Notes under the pieces: model-generated
What the model saw: the letters and a program-made list of their open reading frames with translations, nothing else
Told to the model about the DNA's origin: nothing
Databases searched by the model: none
Position numbers and translations under genes: made by a program
Part shown: positions 24,821 to 37,484 of the stretch, one piece after another
Position numbering within the stretch: the stretch's first letter is position 1
Layout of the letters: every line of letters begins with the position of its first letter
Assembly: GCF_001194135.2 (NCBI RefSeq)
Contig: NC_068981.1
Span: forward strand, 5,734,487-5,798,486
DNA from: Octopus bimaculoides
Lineage: Eukaryota
Direction: 5' to 3'
DNA length: 64,000 bases

Positions 24821-25878
24821 AGAGGTTCTGAGTTTAAATTCTGCCTGGGTATTAAATATACAAATACTTTTCTATTAGGAAACATGAATGTAATCAGGAA
24901 ACAAGATCAATTGAAATAAATCTGTAATTGCTTCCTAAGTTTGGTCAGTCTTTTAAGGAGCATTGCATTGATTAGGTTTTATGATGTCAAAGGAATATAA
25001 TATTTGAGTAGGACACCATTCTTCAAAGAAAATATTTCCTGGTGATCTGATATTTATCTTTAACAATGGAGTGAACCAAGGAAATTTAGGGCAGTATATT
25101 GTCAGAACCCACAACTATGCTCATAAAAATTCTAATAGTGCAGGTCCTCCAATATCTTTATATTTCAGGTGATCTTATTTCTCGAATTGAAACGGCGCAG
25201 AACATAACAAAACAGTAGGTTAACACGGTTATGGTTGAATAACATCGAACGTTTAAATGCTTAATGTTAGGAGTCATCAATATAAAGAAATATTGAATAA
25301 TAATAAGAAAAATAAAAGCTGTGACTGTTTGAAAGTAAGATCCGAATTAGTTTGTGTTAGGAGACAATACTGATCTATGCTGACAAAGCGCAGAATCAAG
25401 TGTGTGTTGAGGGGGCGCAGGGAACTACAGCAACAGAACAACACAACAGTAACATCAATAAAAGATGACAATACAAGAGTTAGAAATAATTGAAGCATTT
25501 ACTGAACATTAGTCTTTAGTTCTTCAATTCCTGTTCTAGACATGGTTTTACATTTCAAAGAATAGCAAAGAATACCTCTAACTTATTCAAACAAATTCTT
25601 ACTAGTGTAACATTAAGAATATGATAAAAACATCAATTTGGGAAAGGTAAAAAGCAACAGACAGAACTCATACCAGATCACAATTTATTGGGAGACTTAC
25701 ATTTTTTAAATGCACCACAGAACACCCGCTGTTTATAACATAACTTACTAATTGTGCTGCAGAGAATTTACCATTTTCAGTTTAATTCTATCCATTATTC
25801 TTACAAATATAGTTTGGTACAAGTCAGAAAACCAGAAAATAATAAAAGTGAAGAGGTTTAGAATTTCTAATTACTTAC

Positions 25879-26008
25879 ATTTATTCCTTCAACTTTTTCT
25901 CCAATTGCTTCAATGACTCCGGCACATTCGTAACCCATGATTACAGGAGTCTTAGGGGGATTGTCGATTACACCTTGGCGCAGCACCAAATCCAGAAAGT
26001 TGACACCA
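25879..26008 (-). CDS. VAT1L: VAT-1-like protein, internal exon (130 nt)
   Basis: Acceptor ttttctAG, donor GTAAGT; T + 43 codons = (C)GVNFLDLVLRQGVIDNPPKTPVIMGYECAGVIEAIGEKVEGIN, matching the VAT-1 CGLNFxDxxxRQG...PPKTP...GxEC block. Confidence 0.96.
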
Positions 26009-26219
26009 CTAGAAAAGAAAAAAAGAGCTGAAGATGAACTAAATAAACAGAAAGATTAAACAGCCTTAAACAAACAAACTAAAGAGTCTTGGTATTATTG
26101 CTATGGCAGAGTCAGCATTATTGTGATGGTGGGCCCAGCACCAGCCATTGTGATGGAAGACCAGTGTTATTGCAATGACAAGCCAGCATTATAATGACAG
26201 TCCACCTGACATTATGTGC

Positions 26220-27255
26220 TCCATAAAGCCTTCTGGAATTACTATTTTTAATGCTGTTTATAAGATTATCCTAGAGTCCTCCAGGCTGTAACAAAGGAAT
26301 TCAAAACTGGCTGTCCCTAGGAGGTCCTCTAAGCTGATGACCTTGTTCTTATAGGTGAATCCCTACCTGACCTAGAAAAGAAATTTCCGGTGTGGAAACA
26401 AGGCCTGGAATCTAAGGACCTTAGAGACAATGTAGCAAAAAACAAAGTCCAAGTAAATAGGAAAACAAATAACAAGACCATTCTGGGCTCTGCTCAATAG
26501 AGTTGGTAGAAACTCCATACATTGTACAAAGTTCAAGCTTTAGACACATAAGAGGTGTAGTGGTATCACAGGAAGGTTAATTGAGAAAATAGTCTTTGTG
26601 TGTGGCAAATGCGCAGGTAGAATAAGCACTAAAAATGTACAGACAACAGAATCCCTCAAATGCTTGGTGGAAATCATTAGAAGCAGTAGACGGCTTCTGT
26701 TACGTAGGAGACCAAGTTATCAGTGGTGCAGGAAGTTTGGAAAGTATAGTTGCTAGAATAAGAACAGGCTGGGCAAAGTTCAGAGATCTAACTTTGTTGG
26801 TAACTAAGAGCTTCTTCCTCAGAATGAAAGGCAGATTGTATGATGTTTGTGTATGAACAGCTATGCTACATGGCAGTGAAACATGGGATTTTACTACAGA
26901 GGAAATGCAAAGGCTTGAAAGAAATGAACCTAGCATATTCTGCTGGTTGGGTAACGTCAGTGTGCATACATGGCCGAGTGTAAGTGATTTAAGAGGAAAC
27001 CTGGGTACGAGAGGCATTAGATGTGCGCAAGAGAGATGACTGCACTGGTTTGGTCATGTGATGCATATGGATGAGGACAGCTGCATAAAGGAGTACCAAA
27101 CTCTAATTGTGGAGGGTACCTGTGGAAGGGGTAGACCTAGGAAGACATGGGACAAAATGAGAAAGAAACTTCAGATGTTGGGCCTCACCAAGGAAATGAC
27201 GAGACTGGGAGATGAGGCAACTTGCTGTACTTGATAAGATACGTCAAGCTAAGTA
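26220..27255 (+). mobile_element. RTE LINE reverse-transcriptase remnant with stops and frameshifts
   Basis: LQAVTKEFKTGCP*EVL*ADDLVLI...WKQGLESK, later GWAKFRDL...KGRLYD and HWFGHVMHMDED...GRGRPRKTW. Confidence 0.9.
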
Positions 27256-27360
27256 AAAATTACTGTTTTCCACACAGAGAGGCTTGTCATTTCAGGTGCC
27301 AGTGACACACAAAAAGCACCGATGCTGGTGCTGCATAAACGCACCTGTGCCAGTGACTTG

Positions 27361-28221
27361 NNNNNNNNNNNNNNNNNNNNNNNNNNNNNNNNNNNNNNNN
27401 NNNNNNNNNNNNNNNNNNNNNNNNNNNNNNNNNNNNNNNNNNNNNNNNNNNNNNNNNNNNNNNNNNNNNNNNNNNNNNNNNNNNNNNNNNNNNNNNNNNN
27501 NNNNNNNNNNNNNNNNNNNNNNNNNNNNNNNNNNNNNNNNNNNNNNNNNNNNNNNNNNNNNNNNNNNNNNNNNNNNNNNNNNNNNNNNNNNNNNNNNNNN
27601 NNNNNNNNNNNNNNNNNNNNNNNNNNNNNNNNNNNNNNNNNNNNNNNNNNNNNNNNNNNNNNNNNNNNNNNNNNNNNNNNNNNNNNNNNNNNNNNNNNNN
27701 NNNNNNNNNNNNNNNNNNNNNNNNNNNNNNNNNNNNNNNNNNNNNNNNNNNNNNNNNNNNNNNNNNNNNNNNNNNNNNNNNNNNNNNNNNNNNNNNNNNN
27801 NNNNNNNNNNNNNNNNNNNNNNNNNNNNNNNNNNNNNNNNNNNNNNNNNNNNNNNNNNNNNNNNNNNNNNNNNNNNNNNNNNNNNNNNNNNNNNNNNNNN
27901 NNNNNNNNNNNNNNNNNNNNNNNNNNNNNNNNNNNNNNNNNNNNNNNNNNNNNNNNNNNNNNNNNNNNNNNNNNNNNNNNNNNNNNNNNNNNNNNNNNNN
28001 NNNNNNNNNNNNNNNNNNNNNNNNNNNNNNNNNNNNNNNNNNNNNNNNNNNNNNNNNNNNNNNNNNNNNNNNNNNNNNNNNNNNNNNNNNNNNNNNNNNN
28101 NNNNNNNNNNNNNNNNNNNNNNNNNNNNNNNNNNNNNNNNNNNNNNNNNNNNNNNNNNNNNNNNNNNNNNNNNNNNNNNNNNNNNNNNNNNNNNNNNNNN
28201 NNNNNNNNNNNNNNNNNNNNN
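27361..28221. other. Largest assembly gap (others: 4756-4868, 10412-10857, 13486-13647, 56942-57376, 58468-58477, 61078-61470)
   Basis: N runs bordered by young repeats or microsatellites. Confidence 1.
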
Positions 28222-28222
28222 N

Positions 28223-28284
<62 letters not shown>

Positions 28285-28400
28285 TGTGCGAGAGTGAGTG
28301 TATGCAAGCCTTGTGGAATAACAGATCCCATATTTAAAAAATGGTTAACGGTTAGTGTCAGGAAGAGCATTCAGCTGTAAAAAACATGTTTCAAATAACA

Positions 28401-28570
28401 TTAACCCTTCACCAGTTAAAGAGGCCATATCTGGCCTGAGTATTCTATGTGTTTTATGTACAAAGTGGCCCAGATCTGGCCTCTCACACCTACCATACAT
28501 TGTTGTTCCAAAAACAATCACATTATTGGAATCTCAAAGCCACAAGACAATGAATGTTTAGTACAAAACG
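28401..28570. mobile_element. TTAA-ended MITE (family also at ~16985-17172)
   Basis: TTAACCCTT start; shared GGCCAGATCTGGCCTCTCACAC core. Confidence 0.6.
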
Positions 28571-29011
28571 GACATAAAATTATCAAAAATCTTCTCTTGT
28601 TAATTCGTCAAGGTTTTGATAACCGGCAGGTCAGAGAAAGAAAAAATGGTGGCAGTAGGTCAGTGTAGGGAGAAGAAGAAAACAAACAAAACGTAAGTTT
28701 AAATAGTTGCATCATCAGAGAGATAAGAAGTTGTCTTTGTAGGTCACTGACTGGAAGGAGAAAGAATACTGACAATGATAGATCACTTACTAAAGAGATA
28801 AGATGTGATGTTAGTAGGTCACTTTGGTCTGAAGGACAGAGAAAGTTGCATTATTGCCAACTCTGATCTGAATAGTAGAGTTAATGTCAGCTTTAGGGAT
28901 TTAAAAGGTAAACTTCAAGAGTTGAAGGTTAATTTTAAAATGCTTAGAAAAAGGAGTTTTATAGGGCAAGAGTTTCAGAACACACGATCTCATGAACAAC
29001 TTTACTGTAAA

Positions 29012-29320
29012 TTAGAAAATTACTATTTTTTAACTCTCACAACAGACTTAAATCTCAGCAACAGTACCTTGTAGTAAAGACTGTTTGCCAACATAACATG
29101 GCAGTCCTGGTTTAGGACGAATGTTGCTGTAATTTAGCTCCAGGAGACATCGTCTCCTGCTGGCTATACGACATGATGTGTCCTCATAAAAAATAAATAC
29201 ATATAAGGACACAGATCATGTTGTATAGCCAGCTGGAGACGATGTCTCCTGGGGCTAAATTAAAGCAAAATTCGTCCTAAACCAGGACTGCCATGTTATG
29301 TTGGCAAACAATCTTTACTA
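29012..29320. mobile_element. Fold-back element forming a near-perfect ~115-bp-arm hairpin
   Basis: 29072-29187 pairs with 29203-29320 around a ~15-nt AT spacer; same family as 3278-3708. Confidence 0.85.
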
Positions 29321-29590
29321 AGTTTACAGTAGCCAACTGGTTTTGGTTGGGTTAAGTAAAAATGAAAAAAAATAAAGAAGAAAAAGATACTGTCAAGTTG
29401 TTATGAAGGAGAGGACAAAAGTCCTGCCCATGAAAACTTAATGTAGATTTGTGTTTATATTTTTATGCATAATTCTCTGAAGATTGTATTCAGGTAAATG
29501 CTTCTTGGGACCTTGTCTGTTACTTGGTGACCCAAATAGTGGTGGTGTCATAAAAAGAAAAGAAAAAAAAAGTATCCAGTATCTAGGTGC

Positions 29591-29950
29591 AGGCGTGGCT
29601 ATGTGGTAAGAAGCTTGCTTCCCAACCACATGGTTTCAGGTTCAGTCCCACTGCATGGCACCTTGGGCAAGTGTCATCTACTATAGCCTCAGGCCGACCA
29701 AAGCCTCATGAGTGGATTTGGTAGACGGAAAGTGAGAGAAGCCCATCATATATATATATGTGTGTGTGTGTGCGTGTCCCACCCTATTGCTTGACAACTG
29801 ATGTTGGTGTGTTTACGTCCCCGTAACTTAGCAGTTCGGCAAAAGAGACTGATAGAATAAGTACTAGGCTTACAAAGAATAAGTTGATTTGTTTGACCAA
29901 AGGTGGTGCTCCATCATGGCTAGTCAATTGATGGAAACAAGTAAAAGAAA
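29591..29950 (+). mobile_element. tRNA-headed bipartite SINE family A (representative)
   Basis: AGGCGTGGCTATGTGG (A-box-like)...GGTTCAGTCC (B-box-like), central (TA/TG)n, tail ...GGTGCTCCA...GAAACAAGTAAAAGA. Other copies at 44445-44790, 45685-46230, 47215-47625, 54420-54775, 55971-56292 and 56560-56885, plus many half copies. Confidence 0.85.
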
Positions 29951-30149
29951 GTACACTCTGGGAAGTGGCTGGCACTAACTAGGAAGGGCATCCAGTCATA
30001 GAAACCATAGTGAAGGAGACATTGGAGACCAACCAAGCCCTCATCCTAGCTGGATTCTAACAAACCATCCAACCCATGCCAGCATGGAACACATGTTAAA
30101 CAATGATGGAGCCCACCCCCAACTTTATATTTCAGTGTTGTCTAAATTA

Positions 30150-30375
30150 TATAGAATGGTCCTTAAATGCAACTGGTTTTGTACCTCCTCCAGTCAGGTC
30201 ACTTCTGACCTCCTTGCCACATTTCATTGCTCTTGTTGTGTCCACCCCTACCAGCCAAGGCTTCACCCTAACTGCAATACTCAGTCCTGCTTCCCCTAGA
30301 ACATCACCCCTCTGGAATCTCTTCTTCCCTGCAGACATTGACCTCCAACAGTTTAAACAACAATAACATAAGACC
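30150..30375 (+). mobile_element. CR1/L2/Jockey-group LINE C-terminal remnant
   Basis: SPRTSPLWNLFFPADIDLQQFK matches the FFPRTxxLWNxLP...LxxFK end motif. Confidence 0.65.
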
Positions 30376-31179
30376 ACAATTCTGGAGGGGATCACAACTG
30401 CCATGGATGCTGCCACTTTCTCCAGACTCAAAGAAAAGAAAGATATCAACATCATCATCACGTCCACTTTTTCAATGCTTGCACGAGTCGGGTGAATTTG
30501 TTGAATAGGACACTAAATGAGAACATTAAATAAGCTATATAACAGAAGACACTTGCCCAAGGTGCCACACTCAAACTGAACCCAAGACCAATGGTTGTGA
30601 AGAAAACTTCTTAACCACACAGCCACACCTGATGCAAAACTATTCTTCACTGCATCATAGAAATTGTCCCTGTCATCATGCTTGTCTGTTAACATCTGGA
30701 TTTGTTGTGGGGGCTATCATTCATTTCCACACACAGGAATGATTACATTAATGCAGACACTATTGAATATCATGGACCAATATAAACAGATTTTTTAGAG
30801 TTAAATTTTAAGTAATCACGGCCATAGCAAATTGAAATCAGTAGCTTGAAAAAAAAATGCACCCCAGTCGCCCCTACTTCTTCATATTGACATTCTATGA
30901 CAGTAGTTTCCCATCTGTGACCATAGTTTCATAGATTGTTAACTTTAAAACAATCTAAATTGACAATGTACTTAATCACTATTTCAGACAAATATTTGTT
31001 GTCATTTCAAATTTTTGTATTGAGAATCAATACTGAAAAATAATTAAAATCAGTTTAACCAGTGAAGAGGTTAGTTGCGTGGGAATGAACCTAGATGTGT
31101 AGTTGAGAAGTCTGTTAAGTAGTCATGGGATTTCAGGTTCAATTTGACTGCAAGGCATCCTGGCTAAATGTCTTTTAGT

Positions 31180-31345
31180 GAGAATTTACAAAAAAGCAAA
31201 AGACGAAGATGGGTGTGTAAACAACAAACAGATGTATTAGTTTAACGCTCGGGAAGAGAGAAAGTCTTTTAACTTTTGAGCCTACGCTCTTCGACAGAAA
31301 GGAACATAGAAATAAACTGGGAGAGAAAATAGAAAAAGAGAGAGA
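31180..31345 (-). mobile_element. Penelope-like pLTR fragment with a decayed HHR (31265-31302)
   Basis: CCUUU-CUGUCGA-A-GAGC(GUAG)GCUC-AAAA-G-UU-AAAAG; same family as 52882-52918 and 13400-13485. Confidence 0.6.
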
Positions 31346-31432
31346 AAATAGAAAGTGTCTTTTAGCTTGGTATTGGATTAATCAATGCATTGTGGATAGA
31401 ATTGAGTTCTAGTTTATCTTCATCATCACCAT

Positions 31433-31914
31433 TTAACCCTTTTGTTACTGTATTTATTTTTATATGCTCCGTATTTCTTTCAATTACTTTAAATATAACA
31501 AAGAATTTAATAAAATAACTTAGTTATCATTCAGCTAGTGTTAGCAACATAAATTGTGACTAAAGTTTGGTGGAAGATTTTAATTCAGAACTTTTGAAAA
31601 CAAGACATTTGTACTATACAGCCAGAGCCGGTTTCAGTTGGGTTGGCATCGAAAGGGTTAAGAATTGTTTCTCTATTATATCTTTTAACCATTTTGTTAC
31701 CATATTCCTGTTGAGATGCTCTGTGTTTCTTTGAATTAATTTTAAATATAACAAAGAATTTAGTAAAATAACTTAGTTATCATTAAGCTAGTGTTAGGAA
31801 CATAAATTGTGACTAAGGTTTGGTGGAAGATTTTGATTCAGAACTTATGGAAACAAGACATTTGTACTACAGAGCCAGAGCTGGTTTCAGCAAGGTGAGT
31901 AATGAAAGGGTTAA
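31433..31914. mobile_element. Two adjacent ~230-bp TTAA-flanked MITEs (31433-31661 and 31685-31914)
   Basis: TTAACCCTTT...AAAGGGTTAA terminal inverted repeats (piggyBac/Kolobok-type ends). Related copies at 55735-55962 and 58795-59025. Confidence 0.8.
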
Positions 31915-32689
31915 TGTCCATTTTCCACATTGGCATAATTTGGATGGTTTGACAGAAGCCAAGTTGAGGGGTCTTGCCTTGAAAATTACTTGGTGCCATG
32001 TAAAAAGCCTCTAGCACATCCTAAAGTGGTTGATGTTAGGAAGGATGTTCAACTGTACAAACCATGCCGAAGCAGATCTTGGAGATTGGCACAAACCTCT
32101 GGCCATTGACGCCTGCCAATCAATTCAGCAACCAATATGGAAAACAGACATTAAATGGTAATGATGAAAATCGATTAGAATTCAACATATTACATAAAGA
32201 AAATCATCATCATCACTTAACATCCGTTTTCCATGCTGGCATGGGTTGGACAGTTTGACCAGAGCTGGCCAGCTGAAGACCCACCCAGGCTCCATGTCTG
32301 TTTTGGCATGGCTTCTACAGCTTTCTGCCCTTCCTTTGTACAGTGTATTGCATTCACGCATGCAGCACTGGTATGGGTTTTTTTTACCTGGCAGCAGCAC
32401 CTACAAGATTAGGAATGCTCAGTTGGGGAAGGATACAGGGACCAGCCTATATGCTAAGACAACCATGCTTTTACTTTACTCAAGGTGTCTTTTCAAGCAC
32501 AGCAAACCACCAGGAGCCTCAGTCACCTGTCAATCCCACCAATAAAGTTATTGTTGCAGCATTGTGTTACTGGATTTCCTATCTCTTTCTCTCTCTCCTT
32601 GGACATTTTTGCTTCTCAAATATGGCTACTTGGTAGACCAGATACCTCAAACACAGCAGCAGACTGGGTCTAAAAACATTGGTTGCCAG

Positions 32690-32945
32690 GAGACTAAGGG
32701 GGTCCACCCACAACTACAATGCTATAATTTAATTTTTTTTGTTAAAAGTATACTTTTCAACTGTCTACAAACACAGCCAGGCTGAAATAATTAATGCATT
32801 CTTCCAGGAGTGAATAAAAAATTCTCAAACTTGAGGAGATGAGCCTCATAGATACTAACATGGACCCTCATATATGGATTCTAATGGTGCAGGGGTCCAC
32901 TTGCCATCAGGCGAGCTGACAACCTGGTCAGTCCGCCACTGCCTC
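32690..32945 (-). mobile_element. hAT-type element end; inverted sister copy at 43976-44205
   Basis: CAGTGGCGGACTG-type terminus; ~230 bp are reverse-complementary to 43976-44205. Confidence 0.6.
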
Positions 32946-33732
32946 AGCATGTACTCGCTCGTGAGTGATGACTGGTTATACTATTCCTACCAGCCGTCAC
33001 TCACATATATTCTACACACAAGCAACTGAAATCTGATTTGAATGATCAATACTCCATTTGTTCAGTCAACTGAATGACCTGTTCATTGAATTCATCAGTG
33101 AGTGAGTGACTGTTCTATAGACACGTGGAACTTTAATGTTATTGTCAGGGAGAATCGGTGGAACTCAATGTGGGACAAAGCTAACTCTTTGAACTACAAG
33201 AACTGCTTCTCTCAGACTTCTCTCCACCAAATTTCACCCAAGGTAATCATAAAAATCACTCCCTTAAATATACCCCACATGTACAAATTCATACATATAC
33301 ACATATATATATATACATGCAAATTTGTGTACATACACATACAGGAATGCACAGTACCTATACACATGAACTTTCATGCATGTTAATTATTGTGCTAATA
33401 TCAGAGACTTCAGGATTTAAATTAATAACTAACTTCCATTAAGTCTGAAAACAACTTTATTTGAGATTTTAAAAATAAAAACAAACTATAAATATATATA
33501 ACTGAAAATAGACATTCTAGCCTGCAAAACATCTTATGCAGCCAGCATAAAAAAATAAAGATAGATAAATAGATAAATAAACATATAAATAAATGAAAGC
33601 CTTGCAGCTTATGCTCAATTGAAAAGTTGTTTTCCGGAAAAAAGACTCTTCAGAAAGAATCTTATGCAAAAACAAAAACATTAAAAACATTTAGCTAGTT
33701 AAAATATCTCTCTCTCTCTCTCTCACACACAC

Positions 33733-33774
<42 letters not shown>

Positions 33775-33950
33775 CATGCAATTTAATGATATATAAAACT
33801 TCAATCATCTCCCAACTAATCTATTAGTTTTTTTTTTTCTATTTTCTATACAAATGTGCATCCATTTCACTTTAATCTGCCTCATTTCTTTTAATGAGGA
33901 ATCCCTATCAGTAACGACCTACCACCAGATACTGCGTCCTTTATAGTAAG

Positions 33951-33989
<39 letters not shown>

Positions 33990-35509
33990 CTAGGTCCATA
34001 TGTCTGAGGACATACACATATAAACACACAAACACAGACATAAATATACACATGTGGGTGCAGGGAGGCCTGAATAATTAAGGTCTTGACATCTACATCC
34101 AAAAGCTGAACAAAAGATTCAAAGAATGGAGTCCTACAACCACAAGAGATCCCATGTCAGGAACATTTACCATTACTTGATTTCTCACCATTGTAGGTCT
34201 CGGCTATGATTCATCAAACGGTATGGGATTAGCAGCATGGAAATAATAATAATGCTCAATCTTTGCACCTACTCCCAGAAGGCATTGGAGACATCTCAGC
34301 TCCAAATACTGGCATCAGATTGGATAATCCTGTTGCCACCAAAGAAACATACTCTTTTGAGAGTGCCAAATGTGACGTGAATCTCTCTTTGCTTTACAGA
34401 CTTTGATGAAAGATGTATTATGGTAAACCCAAAAGCTGTTCTTTGATGCTAATAAAATTCAACAAGGCAAACTGATGGAGATCACTCAGACCCTAGAGAA
34501 GGATTTTCTTGCAAACGAATCATTAGGAGATGCACAGCTGAGAAGGGATTCTTCCAGGGACACTCAACAGCACTCAAGGCATTTGAGAAGAAATGCTGCA
34601 GGATACAAAGCCGTTTTGATGCTAGTTCTGGCATCAAAGTATGCAGCACTACCAGAGCACACATTCTCAGCTGATCTAGCTATATTTGAAGGCATTAAAA
34701 ACAGCAAGAAGCAAGGTTCAGAAAATACCCAGACACAGCAAAATAAGGCATTTTTTCAATTTTATTATAAATTGTTTTTATAATCATATTTTGTGGCTGT
34801 TTTTAATCACCAAAAGTATTTGGAAACTGCAATATCCTTTTTATGAGTCTGACAAAACCTGCATTGTGTTCTCCCTCATATCACATATCCATGTATGTAT
34901 GTAAACACATACTCTTGTCTCCTAGATTTATTGTTGTCCATGTGTACACAAGCTAACAAGATAGCAAGCAGCCATTTTAAACTTATGGCTACTCTGTGCT
35001 CCATGCAGCCATAAAGATAACACGCATTTCCATTTTACTCTGAATTATTTATGTAATCGTTGTTGCTAACCACTTTTATTGCCAATTTCAGATAACAAAA
35101 GCATTATTCCTTCTTTGCCCTCATCACCATTTATCATGAGGCTTTTCACGATACACTGTCTTGGCAATAAGCACCATGAAGACTGTTCCATACCCAAGGT
35201 GCATCTAGAAGTGATTCTGCAATAAAAAATGCACCTTGCACAAACTGTAGAGTGGATGAACAGTGGTTTCAAATTTTGGCACAGGGCCAGTAATTGCATT
35301 GACCCTTTTGTTCAACTGGTACTTAATTCATCAACTGCGAAAGGATGAAAGGCAAAGTGGACCTTGGTGGAATTTGAACCCAAAATGTAAACACCACTAA
35401 GCATTTTTGCCAGACTGCTAATGATTCTGCCAGCTGAAGAAGTGATTAACTGCAAAAATTTGTTCAACTTGTGTCAATGTGGAAAGTGGACATGCAGTGA
35501 TGACAACAT

Positions 35510-35552
<43 letters not shown>

Positions 35553-35780
35553 AACTGAGACAATGTCTGTGTGTCAAACTGCGTGTTCTAAACTTTCTGT
35601 TAGCAGTTGGAATGGAAAAGGGTTGTAATCTCATTTTTTCTGCTAAATACAAAATTGATTAAGTCTGTTTTGAAGGGCACTGAATACTTTAAACCAAGGA
35701 TGTAACCCAGAATTGGTTGTTTATGAGGACAAAGTTACCTCAACCATGTCAAAAAAACAAAACAAAAAAAAAATGACAAA

Positions 35781-36095
35781 GGTATAATTGAAGGTAAATT
35801 CGAGCAAAGATTTCATAAACACCAAACTTCTTTTGAACACCCAGAACTGCAATGACTCTGGTGAATCATGTCTGAAAATTGAAGAAAGGAGTGGATTACA
35901 ATGTCAAATAGAAGATCGTGGAGGAATCAAGACCAAACATTAGTGGGATTAAGAACTGCAAGTTATGCTGGATTGAGAAGGCAGACATCTTAAATAAATT
36001 GAAAACTTAAAAAGAAAAAATAGCTTTAATAGAAGAAGTGAAATTTTCAGTAACTATCCTTATGCAGATAAATTTATACTTGCATTTTGCAAAAT
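35781..36095 (+). mobile_element. Penelope-like element GIY-YIG endonuclease remnant
   Basis: GIIEGKFEQRFHKHQTSFEHPEL...KKGVDYNVK*KIVEESRP..SGIKNCKLCWIEKADIL...SFNRRSEIFSNYPYADKF, the typical PLE Uri-domain C-terminus with CxLCxxEK. Confidence 0.8.
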
Positions 36096-36295
36096 GTCAT
36101 CAGCAACGAACTAGTAACTATAAAAATACCTCTACTACACACTGCATTTGGAAAGTAACACTTTTTCTGATGTTTTTCACAATAAAACATTTGTTATATA
36201 TTTTCCACCCTATGTTAACTCTTTAGACACACACACATTTGTGTGTGTGTGTGTGTGTGTGCGCATGTCTGAATTCCTATTTTTGTGCAGAGGAC

Positions 36296-36589
36296 CAGTG
36301 GTTCTCAACTGGGGTCTATATAAGATTTTTTGGGTCCACACAAGCAAAACAGTAATATTTTATGTGTCCATGAAGAATTTTTGTTTTAGATGTATTTATT
36401 GCAAGAAATGGTTAGGTTTCTTTCTCTTTTAGCCTACGTAACTTAATGTGTAACAAACAAAATAGGAATTTCAAAAGAAGTGCTTATAAAACTAGTTTTT
36501 AAATATGAAATGGTTACAGAGGTCCATCAGAATAAAATGGGAGTCCAAGGGGGTCCATAGGTAAAGAAGAAAATGGTTGAGAAACACAG
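36296..36589. mobile_element. hAT/Charlie-type MITE
   Basis: TIRs CAGTGGTTCTCAAC / GTTGAGAAACACAG; the right flank TTCTAGGC is close to the Charlie target consensus; the TSD is not preserved. Confidence 0.7.
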
Positions 36590-37484
36590 TTCTAGGCAAT
36601 TATATTTGACGAGACATTTTTTTGAGTATCACTGGCTCCATTGAAGGGAATAAATTCCATCTCAATTAACCAACAGTTCAATTATTTATCCCTTAATGAT
36701 TTATTTCTTGCTGCACCAAATAACATTATGTTCTGTTCTTCTTGTTCTTTCTCATCAGCCATATTTGTTCGTTTCCACATCATCTGAGAAGTTGGCAAGC
36801 AATTAATTTAATCTATTTGACTCAATGATCTCGACTGGTTATGAAACTATAGTAACCTCTCCTGACACAATTGTGTCAAAGGAAGAACAGGTTTAATTTT
36901 GACAGATATTGAGTTCGCTTGACTGATTGAATTATTACACAATAACTAATATGCATACACACATGAACACATGTAGACATGCATGTACACATGTAGAATG
37001 CAAACTTGTACAAGTGTACACATGAAAGTCAAAACATACAAGTCCACAAGCATCCATGTTTGAATATATGCAAATTTGTGTACATCCATCTACACACACA
37101 CACACACACACCACTGGTATCTAAATTTCAATGAAAGAGCCTTATTTCTACATTATAAACAACCGAGTCTTTCTCCATTGGTAAGAAATTTGAACATTAT
37201 ATTGGTAAGAAAAAGAACTTTATATCAAAATGTCAAAGAGTTTTCCATTCTTCCCTAGTGCCAAACTAATACACCTGCTTGTTGTTCCCTCACCTGTCAT
37301 CCTTTGTTTTCTATAAATTTGAACTATATATATATTTATTATGGAGATGTACTTGCATAGCAAGTGACCTGATTTGAGATCATGTGCTGAAACAAAAACA
37401 ATTGCAGCATGGAAGGTGTTTATAAGCCATTTAAGAACACACAAAAAAACCGTTAGATTCAATTCAACATTTAAATTTAATTTG

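Noticed and set aside
36863-36878. Perfect 16-bp palindromes (TGACACAATTGTGTCA; also GGCCACGATCGTGGCC at 5509-5524)
   Set aside because: Palindromes of this length are not unexpected in an AT-rich, repeat-rich 64-kb window; no supporting context.
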